Shown in pieces: positions 10,398 to 20,152 of a stretch of DNA of 32,000 bases. Each line of letters starts with the position of its first letter. Within the stretch, counting starts at the first letter, position 1. Origin of the DNA: Wolbachia endosymbiont of Drosophila innubila (GTDB lineage: Bacteria; Pseudomonadota; Alphaproteobacteria; Rickettsiales; Anaplasmataceae); the NCBI RefSeq assembly GCF_021378375.1, contig NZ_CP076228.1:1110001-1142000 (forward strand), in the 5' to 3' direction. A model generated the notes under the pieces. It was not told where the DNA came from and ran no database searches. It saw only the letters and a list, made by a program, of their open reading frames with translations. Made by a program: the position numbers and the translations under genes.

Positions 10398-11213
10398 ATG
10401 CCAGAACTACCGGAAGTGGAAGTAATCTCTAATTTTTTGCTTGATAAAATTAAAAACAAGCAAATCAGTAATGTTATAGTGAATAATTGGAATTTACGTG
10501 CCCCAATAACAAAAAATATTGATGATATGCTAAAGGGCAAAGTCATACGCAACATCAAGCGTAGAGGTAAGTATACCATCTGGAATACAGATGGTAGTGT
10601 GGCTGTAATCATACATCTTGGCATGAGCGGAAAGCTTATATATGCTGACCACGATCAAATGCGGAATAAGCATGATCACGTGGTATTTTTATTTTCTGAC
10701 AATACTTCAATAATTTTTAATGACCCAAGAAGATTTGGATTAGTTATCGTTTTAAATAAAGAACAAGAAACGGATTTTTTTAGCGATTTTGGAATAGAGC
10801 CCCTCACGGATGAATTCAGTGGAGACTATTTACAGGAGTTGCTGAAAAACAAAAAAGTGAATATCAAATCAGCGTTAATGGACAATAAATCAATAGTTGG
10901 CGTAGGCAACATATATGCTTCTGAGAGCTTGTTTAGAGCCCGTATATCACCACTCAGGTCAGCAAAAAACTTGACCTATAGAGAGTGCGAAAAACTTGCT
11001 GCTGAAATAAAAAATACTCTGAGTGATGCAATTGCTGCAGGTGGTTCAACACTGAAAGATTATGCACAGCCATCTGGATCTGCTGGATACTTTCAAAATA
11101 ACTTTTACGTATATGGTAAAGTTCAAAAACCTTGCAAGATTTGCAATAATATCATAACACTTATACGACAAAATGGCCGTAGCACTTATTTTTGCAACGC
11201 GTGCCAGAATTAA
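10398..11213 (+). CDS. mutM: formamidopyrimidine-DNA glycosylase
   Basis: MPELPEVEVISNFL N-terminus, IIHLGMSGKL, GNIYASESLFRARISPLRSA and C-terminal zinc finger CKICNNIITLIRQNGRSTYFCNACQ. Start chosen at 10398 (AGGAGG upstream) because the catalytic proline must follow the initiator Met; the supplied ORF extends in-frame to 10164. Confidence 0.93.
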   Translation: MPELPEVEVISNFLLDKIKNKQISNVIVNNWNLRAPITKNIDDMLKGKVIRNIKRRGKYTIWNTDGSVAVIIHLGMSGKLIYADHDQMRNKHDHVVFLFSDNTSIIFNDPRRFGLVIVLNKEQETDFFSDFGIEPLTDEFSGDYLQELLKNKKVNIKSALMDNKSIVGVGNIYASESLFRARISPLRSAKNLTYRECEKLAAEIKNTLSDAIAAGGSTLKDYAQPSGSAGYFQNNFYVYGKVQKPCKICNNIITLIRQNGRSTYFCNACQN

Positions 11214-11229
11214 GATTTTATTTTTTGAT

Positions 11230-11823
11230 ATGATATTTTCACTTGAAAAAGATCCATTTGATTTGTTTTCAAAGTGGTACAAAGCAGTACTTAATTCTCC
11301 GTGTGAACAACCAGCTGCAATGACGCTAGCAACTTGTAGCAAAGACTGTATTCCATCTGCAAGAGTGGTATTACTAAAGGAATATAGCAAAGAAGGTTTT
11401 GTGTTTTTCACTAACGTAAACAGTAAAAAAGGGAAAGAATTGACTGAGAACCCCAAAGCTGCGTTAGTGTTTCATTGGATAGAATTTGCTAGGCAAGTGC
11501 GAATTGAAGGAGAGGTTAAACTTCTAAACGATGAAAGAACTGACAAATACTTCTCTTCTCGAGCGCTGGGTAGTCAAATTAGCGCATGGTGCTCAAAACA
11601 ATCGAGCATTCTGAAAGATTGGCAAGATTTTGAGCAAGCTATAAAATTGAAGGAAAAAGAATTTCACAATACACAAGTTTCTCGTCCTGATTTTTGGGTG
11701 GGATTTTGCGTAATCCCAAAAGTAATTGAATTTTGGCAAGAAGGTGAATATAGGAAGCATATTAGATTTAGATACACTCTTGTTGAGGGAAGCGATTGGA
11801 AAGTGGAACAACTATATCCTTAA
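11230..11823 (+). CDS. pdxH: pyridoxamine 5'-phosphate oxidase
   Basis: MIFSLEKDPFDLFSKWYKAVLNSPCEQPAAMTLATCSKDCIPSARVVLLKEYSKEGFVFFTNVNSKKGKEL...ERLxxFRHIRFRY-like C-terminus EYRKHIRFRYTLVEGSDWKVEQLYP; start inside supplied ORF. Confidence 0.93.
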   Translation: MIFSLEKDPFDLFSKWYKAVLNSPCEQPAAMTLATCSKDCIPSARVVLLKEYSKEGFVFFTNVNSKKGKELTENPKAALVFHWIEFARQVRIEGEVKLLNDERTDKYFSSRALGSQISAWCSKQSSILKDWQDFEQAIKLKEKEFHNTQVSRPDFWVGFCVIPKVIEFWQEGEYRKHIRFRYTLVEGSDWKVEQLYP

Positions 11824-11826
11824 AAA

Positions 11827-11903
<77 letters not shown>

Positions 11904-11965
11904 TCGTTGCTTATTTAGTTATTATATATACAAATAATGAAAAAAGAAAAATAAAATTTCACCAC

Positions 11966-14148
11966 ATGCAAATATCGACACACTTATTAACTTTTCTTGA
12001 CATAATAGTTAGTTATATACGTAACAATCTGCGCAATGAACAATATAACTTGATACTGTGGTTTCCTGTTCTTCAGTGTGCAGGAATTTTAACATATTTT
12101 TCCCTAAGTTTTGAACCAAGCTGCATATCTATTTTTCTTTTGCTTTTACCCACACTAATTTTGATTGCAATATTATACAGAAAGTACGCAATATTATGCA
12201 TTGCTTTAATTGCAGTGCTCATAGGATTTACAGCCAGTAAATTAAGAACAGCTTTAGTTGATACTCAAATTCTTGATAAAGAGAGGTATGTAAAAAATAT
12301 CGTTGCCACAGTGAAGGATATTAACGACAGGGGCTCATATAAACAATTTCTGCTTTCTGTTGAAAAATCCCCTACTATCTCAAAATCCTCTCCTGTCATC
12401 CCAGCGCCCCCTTTTGTCATCCCAGTGCCCCCTTTTGTCATCCCAGTACTTGATACTGGGATCCAGAAAAAAAAGATATGGATTCCAGCGTCACGCGCTG
12501 GAATGACACCGGATAGAGCTCTAGATAACATCAGAATATCAGTTAGAACCAAAGTGGAAAAAGGCATTAAAACAGGCGATCAAGTAAAATTATCAGCAAA
12601 ACTCTTCCCTCTAAAGATTGCACCTTCGGAGTATGCATACGATTTTGCAAGAATAGCATATTACCAGAAAATAAGTGCAACAGGTTTTGCAACAAGCAAA
12701 ATAGCCCTACACAAAAAGGCTGAAGCAAGGCAATTTCTAGAGTATATAGAATCTTTCCGTCAATACATTTATGAAAACCTGCAGCAAAATATCAAAAAAC
12801 CACATGCGGATATAATCTCTGCATTACTGATCGGTAAAAAAGATGGCATAGATCAAAAAACTATGGACGCGATACGAGATTCAGGTATAGCACATTTGTT
12901 TGCCATATCTGGTTTGCATTTATCATTTGTTGCTGGTCTGTTTTTTGTAGTGTTTCGTAATTTATTCGCAATATCTGAAACTTTGACTCTTAAGTATAAC
13001 ACCAAGAAAATATCTGCATTCCTTACTATCTTGCCAACCACGTTTTATTTATTGATTATCGGTATGCAAATTTCTGCTCAGCGTGCCTACATTATGGTGA
13101 TTTAGTACTCGTTGCAATAATGATAGAGAGAAAGTATCGAGGGTTAATAGCAATTGCGTTTGCTGCTTCAGTGATACTCTCAGTAGAACCAGAAGCAATT
13201 TTAAAGCCTGGCTTTCAGATGTCATTTTTTGCTGTTTTGGCACTGGTTGCCAGTTATCAAATTAATGCTAATAAGTTGTTCAAAATAAAAATAATGAAAT
13301 ATTTTGTGTCGATAATGATCAGCTCAGTAATAGCAAGTTTAGCAACTGTTCCGTATACGATATATAATTTTAATTATTTTTCAATTAGTGGCATTATCAC
13401 AAATTTAGTTGCTATACCAATAGTTACATTAATTATTATTCCACTTGGAATAATCTATGTTTTGTTGATTCCTTTGGGTGTTGAATGGATTATAGCGCCA
13501 TTTATAGAGCGCCCAATTGACAGCATTTTGTATATAACAAATGCAATCGCTAGTCTTCAGTATTTGGTTATTCCCATTCGTACTTTTCCTGCCTCATCAA
13601 TTATTATAATAACATTTGGGTTATTGTGGCTGTGCTTGTGGGAAAGAAATTGGCGTTTCTTCGGAATTTTCTTTATTGTGCTGGGTATTTTCTCTAGTGC
13701 TATGTATAGAACTCCTGATATCTTGATAAATGCTGATAATGTTGCTGCAAAGGAGAGTGATAACTTACTATATTCTCTCACCAGAAAAAATAGGAACTTT
13801 GTTGTCAAAACATGGGCGAAGCAAAATGGGCAGAACCAAATTTTGAATCATAAAAAATACAATAACTCAGATAAAAGGCTAAAGTGTAACGATTATGGCT
13901 GCATATATAATAAAGGAAATAATAAATTAGTGCTGCTAGCTTATAAAAAAGAAGATATTTCAGAAAATTGTGATAAAGTTGATTTAACAATTCAATTAAG
14001 TGAATTCGACTATTCAGCTTGCAACGCTAAAATTATTAAACATGCTGATCTAGAAACGTATGGCACACATTCTGTTTGGTTAACAAATCGTTACGTAAAG
14101 ATTAATACAGTGCGCTCCAATAGGCCTTGGCACATGTTGAAAAATTAA
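11966..14148 (+). pseudogene. comEC: ComEC/Rec2-family competence/DNA-uptake channel protein, split by a frameshift
   Basis: ORF to 13105 (contains HADIISALLIGKKDGIDQKTMDAIRDSGIAHLFAISGLHLSFVAGLFF) and ORF 13120..14148 (PGFQMSFFAVLALVASYQ...LVAIPIVTLIIIPLG) are consecutive parts of ComEC. One missing base near 13101..13105 joins ..YIMVI/LVLVAIMIERKYRGL.. The supplied ORF start 11867 lies in the tRNA; first sensible ATG is 11966. Confidence 0.85.
12395..12509. repeat. palindromic repeat element plus 21-bp tandem units inserted in-frame in comEC
   Basis: GTCATCCCAG..CTTGATACTGGGATCCAG...TGGATTCCAGCGTCACGCGCTGGAATGACAC has stem-loop character; preceded by repeats of TTTTGTCATCCCAGTGCCCCC encoding PFVIPVPPFVIPVLDTGIQ. 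The reading frame stays open. Confidence 0.8.
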
Positions 14149-14209
14149 GAAACTTGATTTTAAGGTTTGGTTAACGTATACCTAAATAAGTTTAAACTAG
14201 AAAAATGTT

Positions 14210-15907
14210 ATGGTTACAGACACTCAAGATCCTTTCAAAGACTATTTTGATTTTTTAGGATTTAGAAAACTTTCTGACCAGCCCAGTAGAATTTTGAGCT
14301 CTATAAGAAAGTATTCTGGTACTATATCGATAGCAAGTACCATTGCTACTCTTATAGCATTTACTGCCTTTTCTATTCAGCCTGTTACAGTAAGTATTGC
14401 TGGGTTTGCGTTCACGCCAGCACCTCTTGCCTTTATTCCTCTTATAGTTCTCTTATTTACTGCTGTTATAAACTTTATAAATACACAAAAAATAAAAGAG
14501 AATGAAATAGATAAAAAAATAGGAAACTATCAAGTTGATGAACAGTACAGCCAGATTGCTCAAGAAGCTAAAAAAATTGAAATTGTAACAAATTTAGATA
14601 AAAAGGGGGAAAAGCTTTCAATAGTTTTACCAATTTCTAAGACGCAGAGAGAAATACTAGAAGATATAGAAGCAGAAAATAGAAATAGGATTCTCTTGTT
14701 TACTGGATCATATGTATTTGGTACTACTATAGTAGTTTCAGCAATATCACAATCCATTAATGCTCCAATAATATTAATAGCTTTATTAGTCGCTATTCTT
14801 TTATGCATCATATCAACACTTAGCAATCTAATAAGTAATAGCGTGGATCATGAAAATCATACTATTAGAAAACACAGTTCTTTAGGTCTTCTATTTCCAT
14901 ACTGGTCTGGAAAGGGCATGGTTGTATCAGTAGTAGAAAATAAGCTTGGTAAAAGGGAAAATGAACTAATATCTCTAATGAAAAAACTACTTAGTCCGCT
15001 TTGCAACTCATTTGACAGTAACCTTAAAAAAGCTTGCGATTTACTTGATAATAGTCTTTTAAAGCCTGCAAATATTAACATTAAAGAAACGCTTGATCAC
15101 CTAAAAAAAATCAGAGAAGACATCAAAAAAGATTTAGATTGGCTACATGCAGAAATTTCAGAAGTTTTAAACAACACTAAAGAATTGACAAAAAAAGCAC
15201 ATTCACTAGATATTGAAGGTACTTTTTCTAGGTTAGAGAATGCTATTAAAATTGCTGAAGATAAAATTGAACGATTTGAACCAAGCCGCTTTGTAGGCTG
15301 GCTTCAATCAACTACGCAGTCTAATAATAACGAGTTCCTTAGCATGCTAAAAAAGTTAAAAGAGGATACAGAAGAGGAAAAAACGGAATTGAAGGAGCAA
15401 TTAAACGTAGTAAGGAATGAATTAGAAGAAATAAAAAAGAAGCAAGCTCAACCAAGTACGCCTGATTTAGAAGCTAACAATGGAAATAATACTAATAAAT
15501 TATTAGTATTAGAAAATAAAGTCAAAGAACTACGTGACACAGTTAGAAAGTTAGAGCTGGAAGCAGAACAAAATAAGCTGCAGCAAAAGAAGGAAAAGTT
15601 AGAGCAAAAAAAATCTGAACAAGAAAAAACAGATGAATGGAAAGAAAAAATCAACGGCAAACCAAGTGAATTCTTATATTATTTATTAGAATCTATTAAG
15701 CTGGAAGAAAAAGATAATAAAGAAAAAAAGGTTGAGGCAACATTACGAGATTTTGATAATAAAGTTACAATCTACTGGAAAGATGGCTCTCAAACAATTT
15801 GCCATATTAAAAAACAAGGTGATCTGCAAATTGAGTCTAGTGCAACAATGTTTACAGACCCAAATGTTCAAGCAGCATGGGAAATGGCGCGGGGTAAATC
15901 ACTATAG
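14210..15907 (+). CDS. predicted membrane protein with long coiled coil, function unknown
   Basis: 565-aa ORF with two pairs of hydrophobic segments in the first 260 aa, then long Glu/Lys-rich helical stretch (ENKVKELRDTVRKLELEAEQNKLQQKKEKLEQKKSEQEK). Confidence 0.75.
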   Translation: MVTDTQDPFKDYFDFLGFRKLSDQPSRILSSIRKYSGTISIASTIATLIAFTAFSIQPVTVSIAGFAFTPAPLAFIPLIVLLFTAVINFINTQKIKENEIDKKIGNYQVDEQYSQIAQEAKKIEIVTNLDKKGEKLSIVLPISKTQREILEDIEAENRNRILLFTGSYVFGTTIVVSAISQSINAPIILIALLVAILLCIISTLSNLISNSVDHENHTIRKHSSLGLLFPYWSGKGMVVSVVENKLGKRENELISLMKKLLSPLCNSFDSNLKKACDLLDNSLLKPANINIKETLDHLKKIREDIKKDLDWLHAEISEVLNNTKELTKKAHSLDIEGTFSRLENAIKIAEDKIERFEPSRFVGWLQSTTQSNNNEFLSMLKKLKEDTEEEKTELKEQLNVVRNELEEIKKKQAQPSTPDLEANNGNNTNKLLVLENKVKELRDTVRKLELEAEQNKLQQKKEKLEQKKSEQEKTDEWKEKINGKPSEFLYYLLESIKLEEKDNKEKKVEATLRDFDNKVTIYWKDGSQTICHIKKQGDLQIESSATMFTDPNVQAAWEMARGKSL

Positions 15908-16842
15908 ATTACTCAATAATAACCTTAAGTGTTAATAATGATAAAGAGAAATTAAGGTTAGACACCTATATAGCTGAAAAATGCAACATATCACGCAGCA
16001 AAGCGCAAAGATTGATACAAAATGAGCAGGTGAAATTACTTGGCACACCGATAATTAATAATGACTACATAGTAAAACCAGATGAAGAATATGTGGTGCA
16101 TCTCGTTCAACCTGACATATCCACATCAATTGAGCCTAATTATGACATAAAACTTAATATCGTCTATGAAGATGAGGACATTATAGTTCTGAGTAAACAA
16201 AGTGGATTAACAGTGCACCCAGGTGCTGGGACAAACAATGATACGCTTTTGAACGCAGTTATCGCTCACCTTAATGTAAGACCAGGAATTGTTCATAGAC
16301 TCGATAAAGATACTAGTGGGCTAATGGTAATTGCAAAAAATGAAGCAGCCCATAGTTTTTTGTCTGAATTGTTATCGAATCGCAAAATAAAGCGGGAATA
16401 CTTAGCAGTAGTTTGGGGAACATTATCTTCTCAGCAAGGCACGATAAAAACTAACATTGCTCCCAAACGCGGTAATAAAGAAATGATGTGTGTAACAAAA
16501 ATCACAGGCAAATTAGCAATCACTCACTATTTAGTGCAAAAAGTTATAGGACAAGTAAGCCTCGTTAAATGCACTTTAGAGACAGGCAGAACACACCAAA
16601 TTCGAGTCCACATGAGCCACATAGGACATTCCATAGTTGGTGATCAAGTTTATGGAAAAAATAGTAGTAAAAGCACAAAATATGCTAAAAACTCTAGTTT
16701 CATTCGTAATTTCAATAGACAAGCACTACATGCTTATACACTGGGCTTATACCACCCAAAAAGTAAGGAATACATGGAATTTGTCTCTGATTTACCGCAA
16801 GATATAAAAACTTTAATTGGTGAGTTTGACAACATATCTTAA
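15898..16842 (+). CDS. rluD: ribosomal large-subunit pseudouridine synthase, RluD/RluC family
   Basis: GIVHRLDKDTSGLMVIAKNEAAH, ALRQIxxxTGRTHQIRVHMSHIGHSIVGDQVYG. S4 domain (KLRLDTYIAEKCNISRSKAQRLIQNEQVKL) lies upstream of the supplied start 16012, in the same open frame (stop at 15895). True start codon uncertain. Confidence 0.85.
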   Translation: MTIDYSIITLSVNNDKEKLRLDTYIAEKCNISRSKAQRLIQNEQVKLLGTPIINNDYIVKPDEEYVVHLVQPDISTSIEPNYDIKLNIVYEDEDIIVLSKQSGLTVHPGAGTNNDTLLNAVIAHLNVRPGIVHRLDKDTSGLMVIAKNEAAHSFLSELLSNRKIKREYLAVVWGTLSSQQGTIKTNIAPKRGNKEMMCVTKITGKLAITHYLVQKVIGQVSLVKCTLETGRTHQIRVHMSHIGHSIVGDQVYGKNSSKSTKYAKNSSFIRNFNRQALHAYTLGLYHPKSKEYMEFVSDLPQDIKTLIGEFDNIS

Positions 16843-16853
16843 TAACATTCGTA

Positions 16854-17204
16854 TTAACCTATCAATATTATCATCCATGTTATCAGGAAGTTAATTAATG
16901 AAAGAAAAACTGCTGCACTACCTAGATCTTTCACCTTTTTTGAAAGTATGTGTTGTTCACTGGAAATACGCTCAATTGTCGTTTCAAAAGCAGTGTTAAC
17001 AATTTCCACAATTAACACCAGGAATAGGCTGCTTATCATTACTGCACGTTCTAGATTACTTACATCCAAAACAAACAAAATTGAGACACATACTATAAAA
17101 AGCAGTAACTCCTGTCTGAACGCAATTTCTGATATAAAAGCTGATTTTATTCCTTCACAAGAGTATTGAATTGCTTTTATTAGACGAATAATGCCCTTCT
17201 TCAT
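16854..17204 (-). CDS. dgkA: diacylglycerol kinase (prokaryotic DgkA)
   Basis: 116 aa with AIQYSCEGIKSAFISEIAFRQELL, EIVNTAFETTIERIS and KDLGSAAVFLSLINF motifs. Confidence 0.92.
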   Translation of the reverse strand: MKKGIIRLIKAIQYSCEGIKSAFISEIAFRQELLLFIVCVSILFVLDVSNLERAVMISSLFLVLIVEIVNTAFETTIERISSEQHILSKKVKDLGSAAVFLSLINFLITWMIILIG

Positions 17205-17301
17205 TATTATTCACAAAACCCTTTAATCAAAATTTTAACTCATTTAGATTTGCTACACCCTATAGCATTTTTATCATTTGTTCACCCTATTGGTTTTGAA
17301 A

Positions 17302-18093
17302 TTAAGATTTACCGCAACTACAATAAGTACTCTTATCATCACATTTTGGTGTTAAGTCAGGATAGAACGTGAGTATAGCATCATTCTTTCTTACAAACAC
17401 TGATTGATAATTGTCATCTTCCATTTCATATAGACACATTCCATCTTTTCCTAATTCCTTAAACGCCTTAGTTGCAGAAATTATCGGCATGAAGGTTATA
17501 TGTGTATCCATTTGGGCATTTAACTTTCACTTCCCCATCCTTACCCAAATATTTCATTCCAAATGTATAAACCGGCGGCTTAATATCTGATTCATTGCAC
17601 AGGATTCCAACTGCCCATTTATCCTCTTGAGCTTCAACATATCTACCTACAAAATGCATACCACCTAATTTATCGTTTGGCTCACCACAAAAAATATGTC
17701 CAAACCCTATAGTTTCTTTTTCACTTCCACTATTTGTAAACCAAATGTTAGCCAGTTCATCTTTAAGTAACTCCAAATCCGCATCTGGCGTAATCACTTA
17801 TATATTCCTTTCACTACTTCTTGATGCTGCGGACAACTAAGTAAAATTTTGAAATCTTCTTTATCTGGATGTGCTCCCCAATCTCCACAAACTTTCAACA
17901 CTCCTCTATCGAAGTCAGTTAATTCTGAAACGGTGGCTGGTTGTGAACTGAAAAATGGTTCAAAATTGACTTCAACATTTTCTTCTACATAGCCGGTGTG
18001 AAAATAATGATCCTTAATATAAAAAATAAATCCTATTATTGGTATTATTAAACACAAAATTAGTTTAACTGTCTTCGACATAATCACGTTCAC
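17302..18093 (-). pseudogene. secreted/membrane-anchored EndoU-like protein, fragmented into three ORFs
   Basis: Minus-strand ORFs 17794..18093 (N-terminal TM/signal), 17468..17797 (GFGHIFCGEPNDKLGGMHFVGRYVEAQEDKWAVGI) and 17302..17511 (KAFKELGKDGMCLYEMEDDNYQSVFVRKNDAILTFYPDLTPKCDDK) run end to end in different frames. The GFxHxFxGE...GxHF pattern resembles EndoU nucleases. Confidence 0.5.
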
Positions 18094-18130
18094 AAAAAAG
18101 CTAGCCTATAAGAAATAATTTAAAAAAGTT

Positions 18131-19327
18131 TTAATCTAATCGTTTTTGCAGAGCAGCAACTCCCGGCATTTCATCGCCACTTAACCAATCTAAAAATGCT
18201 CCTCCACCAGTGGAAACATATGTAAAATCCTTATCGGCAAGGCCTGCAGCGCTTATTGCAGATAGACTATCGCCTCCCCCTATTATGCTGGTTAACTTTC
18301 CTTTGTGCGTTAAGTCACTTACGATTTTCATTACCCCTATTGTACCGCTTGCAAAAACTGAATGTTCAAAAACACCAATAGGTCCATTCCACAGCAGAGT
18401 CTTACTGCTTGCTATTATACTGCTTATTGTACTCAAAGTTTGTGATCCGATATCCAAAATTATATCACCGTCCAAAATGGACTCAGTTCTTCTTGAAATA
18501 CTAGTGCTGTAATCAGAGTTTACTGCAACCAGAACGTCTTCTGGCACAACTATTTTGCAATTGTTTTTATTTGCTGTTTCAAGAATATTATGCAGAAGGT
18601 CGTCAACACCATTTTGAAAGAAAGATTTCCCTATATTTACTTTGCTAAATGACAAAAAATTATTGGCTATTGCACCACCTAGAACTAGGTAATTAACCTT
18701 TTCTGTTAGCTTCATAAGCACTTTTATTTTAGTTGATATTTTAGCTCCCCCAACTATCGCAGTAATAGGTTTAGCTTTAAACGATACAGCTTTTTCAAGA
18801 TACTTTAGCTCATCTTGCAAGCAAAACCCTGCATAAGAGGGTAAAAATTCTGTAATGCGTGAAATAGAAGCGTGAGCTCTGTGAGAGCAAGAAAATGCAT
18901 CATTTACATATATATCCGCTAGAGATGCTAGTTGTTTGGCAAAATTTGAGTCACTTTGCTCTTCCTCTTTATAAAATCTTAGATTCTCTAGTAATATTAT
19001 ATCTCCTGCATCCATAACACTTACTGCTCTTTGTACTTTTTCACCAAAGCAATCGTCAATGAATTTCACTTTTTTATTTAGTAACTGCGATAAAGTGTCA
19101 ATTACATTTTTTAGCGACAGATTATTGTCTCTGGCCTTTGGGCGTCCAAAATGTGATATAATAATAATCTTTGCACTCGCATTCACTAAATACTGAATAG
19201 TAGGCAATGCTCTCAAAATACGAGTGACGTCACGAATTTCTCCATCTTTTATAGGAACATTGAAGTCAACTCTGAGTAAGACGGTTTTATTGTGAAGATC
19301 ACAATTTTCTATACTAGGTATATTCAT
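18131..19327 (-). CDS. pgk: phosphoglycerate kinase
   Basis: 398 aa; VLLRVDFNVPI, IIISHFGRPKA, LLENLRFYKEEE, GGAKISTKI, LWNGPIGVFE, TSIIGGGDSLSA, VSTGGGAFLDWL. Confidence 0.97.
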   Translation of the reverse strand: MNIPSIENCDLHNKTVLLRVDFNVPIKDGEIRDVTRILRALPTIQYLVNASAKIIIISHFGRPKARDNNLSLKNVIDTLSQLLNKKVKFIDDCFGEKVQRAVSVMDAGDIILLENLRFYKEEEQSDSNFAKQLASLADIYVNDAFSCSHRAHASISRITEFLPSYAGFCLQDELKYLEKAVSFKAKPITAIVGGAKISTKIKVLMKLTEKVNYLVLGGAIANNFLSFSKVNIGKSFFQNGVDDLLHNILETANKNNCKIVVPEDVLVAVNSDYSTSISRRTESILDGDIILDIGSQTLSTISSIIASSKTLLWNGPIGVFEHSVFASGTIGVMKIVSDLTHKGKLTSIIGGGDSLSAISAAGLADKDFTYVSTGGGAFLDWLSGDEMPGVAALQKRLD

Positions 19328-19533
19328 TACAAAATTGAAGCTATAAAGTCACTATACAGCAGTTTGATCTAAAGTAAAGTTTTAAGCTTACGAACGTTTA
19401 AGGAAATTTGCATGCCAAACGCTTGACACTGGAACCTTATCGTCATGCCATCACGAACCGTCATACCGCCGGGTATCTCTTAGCCGCTAACACGTAGCGG
19501 GATACTTGACCTTTACAGGGATGACGATTGTCG

Positions 19534-19585
19534 TTTAGTCATAAATATTTAAGAAATTTACTAAACAGAAAAAAAGGCAAAAGAA
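19534..19585. repeat. 52-bp perfect direct repeat, copy 1
   Basis: TTTAGTCATAAATATTTAAGAAATTTACTAAACAGAAAAAAAGGCAAAAGAA, identical at 19690..19741. Confidence 0.9.
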
Positions 19586-19689
19586 GCCCCGTGGTTGGCT
19601 AATTACTTACATTATACTTTCAAGTATGGCGTTTTTTTATTCTAAACGCTTAATAACCGCGATTTAGCTGCTTTTTAATGCAACTAACC

Positions 19690-19741
19690 TTTAGTCATAA
19701 ATATTTAAGAAATTTACTAAACAGAAAAAAAGGCAAAAGAA
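19690..19741. repeat. 52-bp perfect direct repeat, copy 2
   Basis: Identical 52 bp to 19534..19585; period 156 bp. Confidence 0.9.
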
Positions 19742-20152
19742 ACCCTAGGGTAGCTAATTATTCACTATCCATTTTTTAAGTTGGCGTTTTTTGATGTTTT
19801 AAATGCTTTATAAGCGTATTTCAGCTTGTATAGGTAAAAACCTAGAAATTTGATAAAGACATAGAGTGCACATAGTGCAAAAAATTAAACATGAGACGCC
19901 AGATACGTTGAGTTTTTTTGTCATTTAATCTGTACAGAGAAGATAAATAAATAGCTTCAGTTTCATGATAAGGAGGCTGGCGGAGTTTGTCAAGTAAGTT
20001 TTTCGTTTAATCCGTTTCTTGATTTAGGTGCCCTTGACTTCCGGCTGGGTCGAATTTGTATAGCTACATTGTCGGTAAATCTAAATTGCTTTAATGATTT
20101 TGATTGAAAAATAGTTTTTCTATTATATAAATGCTACTTTAGGGTAATCAAA

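Noticed and set aside
10043-10624. 193-aa minus-strand ORF overlapping tRNA-Thr and mutM
   Set aside because: It covers the tRNA and the 5' half of a strong conserved gene on the opposite strand; composition typical of an antisense artefact.
19534-19741. CRISPR array
   Set aside because: Only two 52-bp copies with a 104-bp gap and no cas genes in the window.
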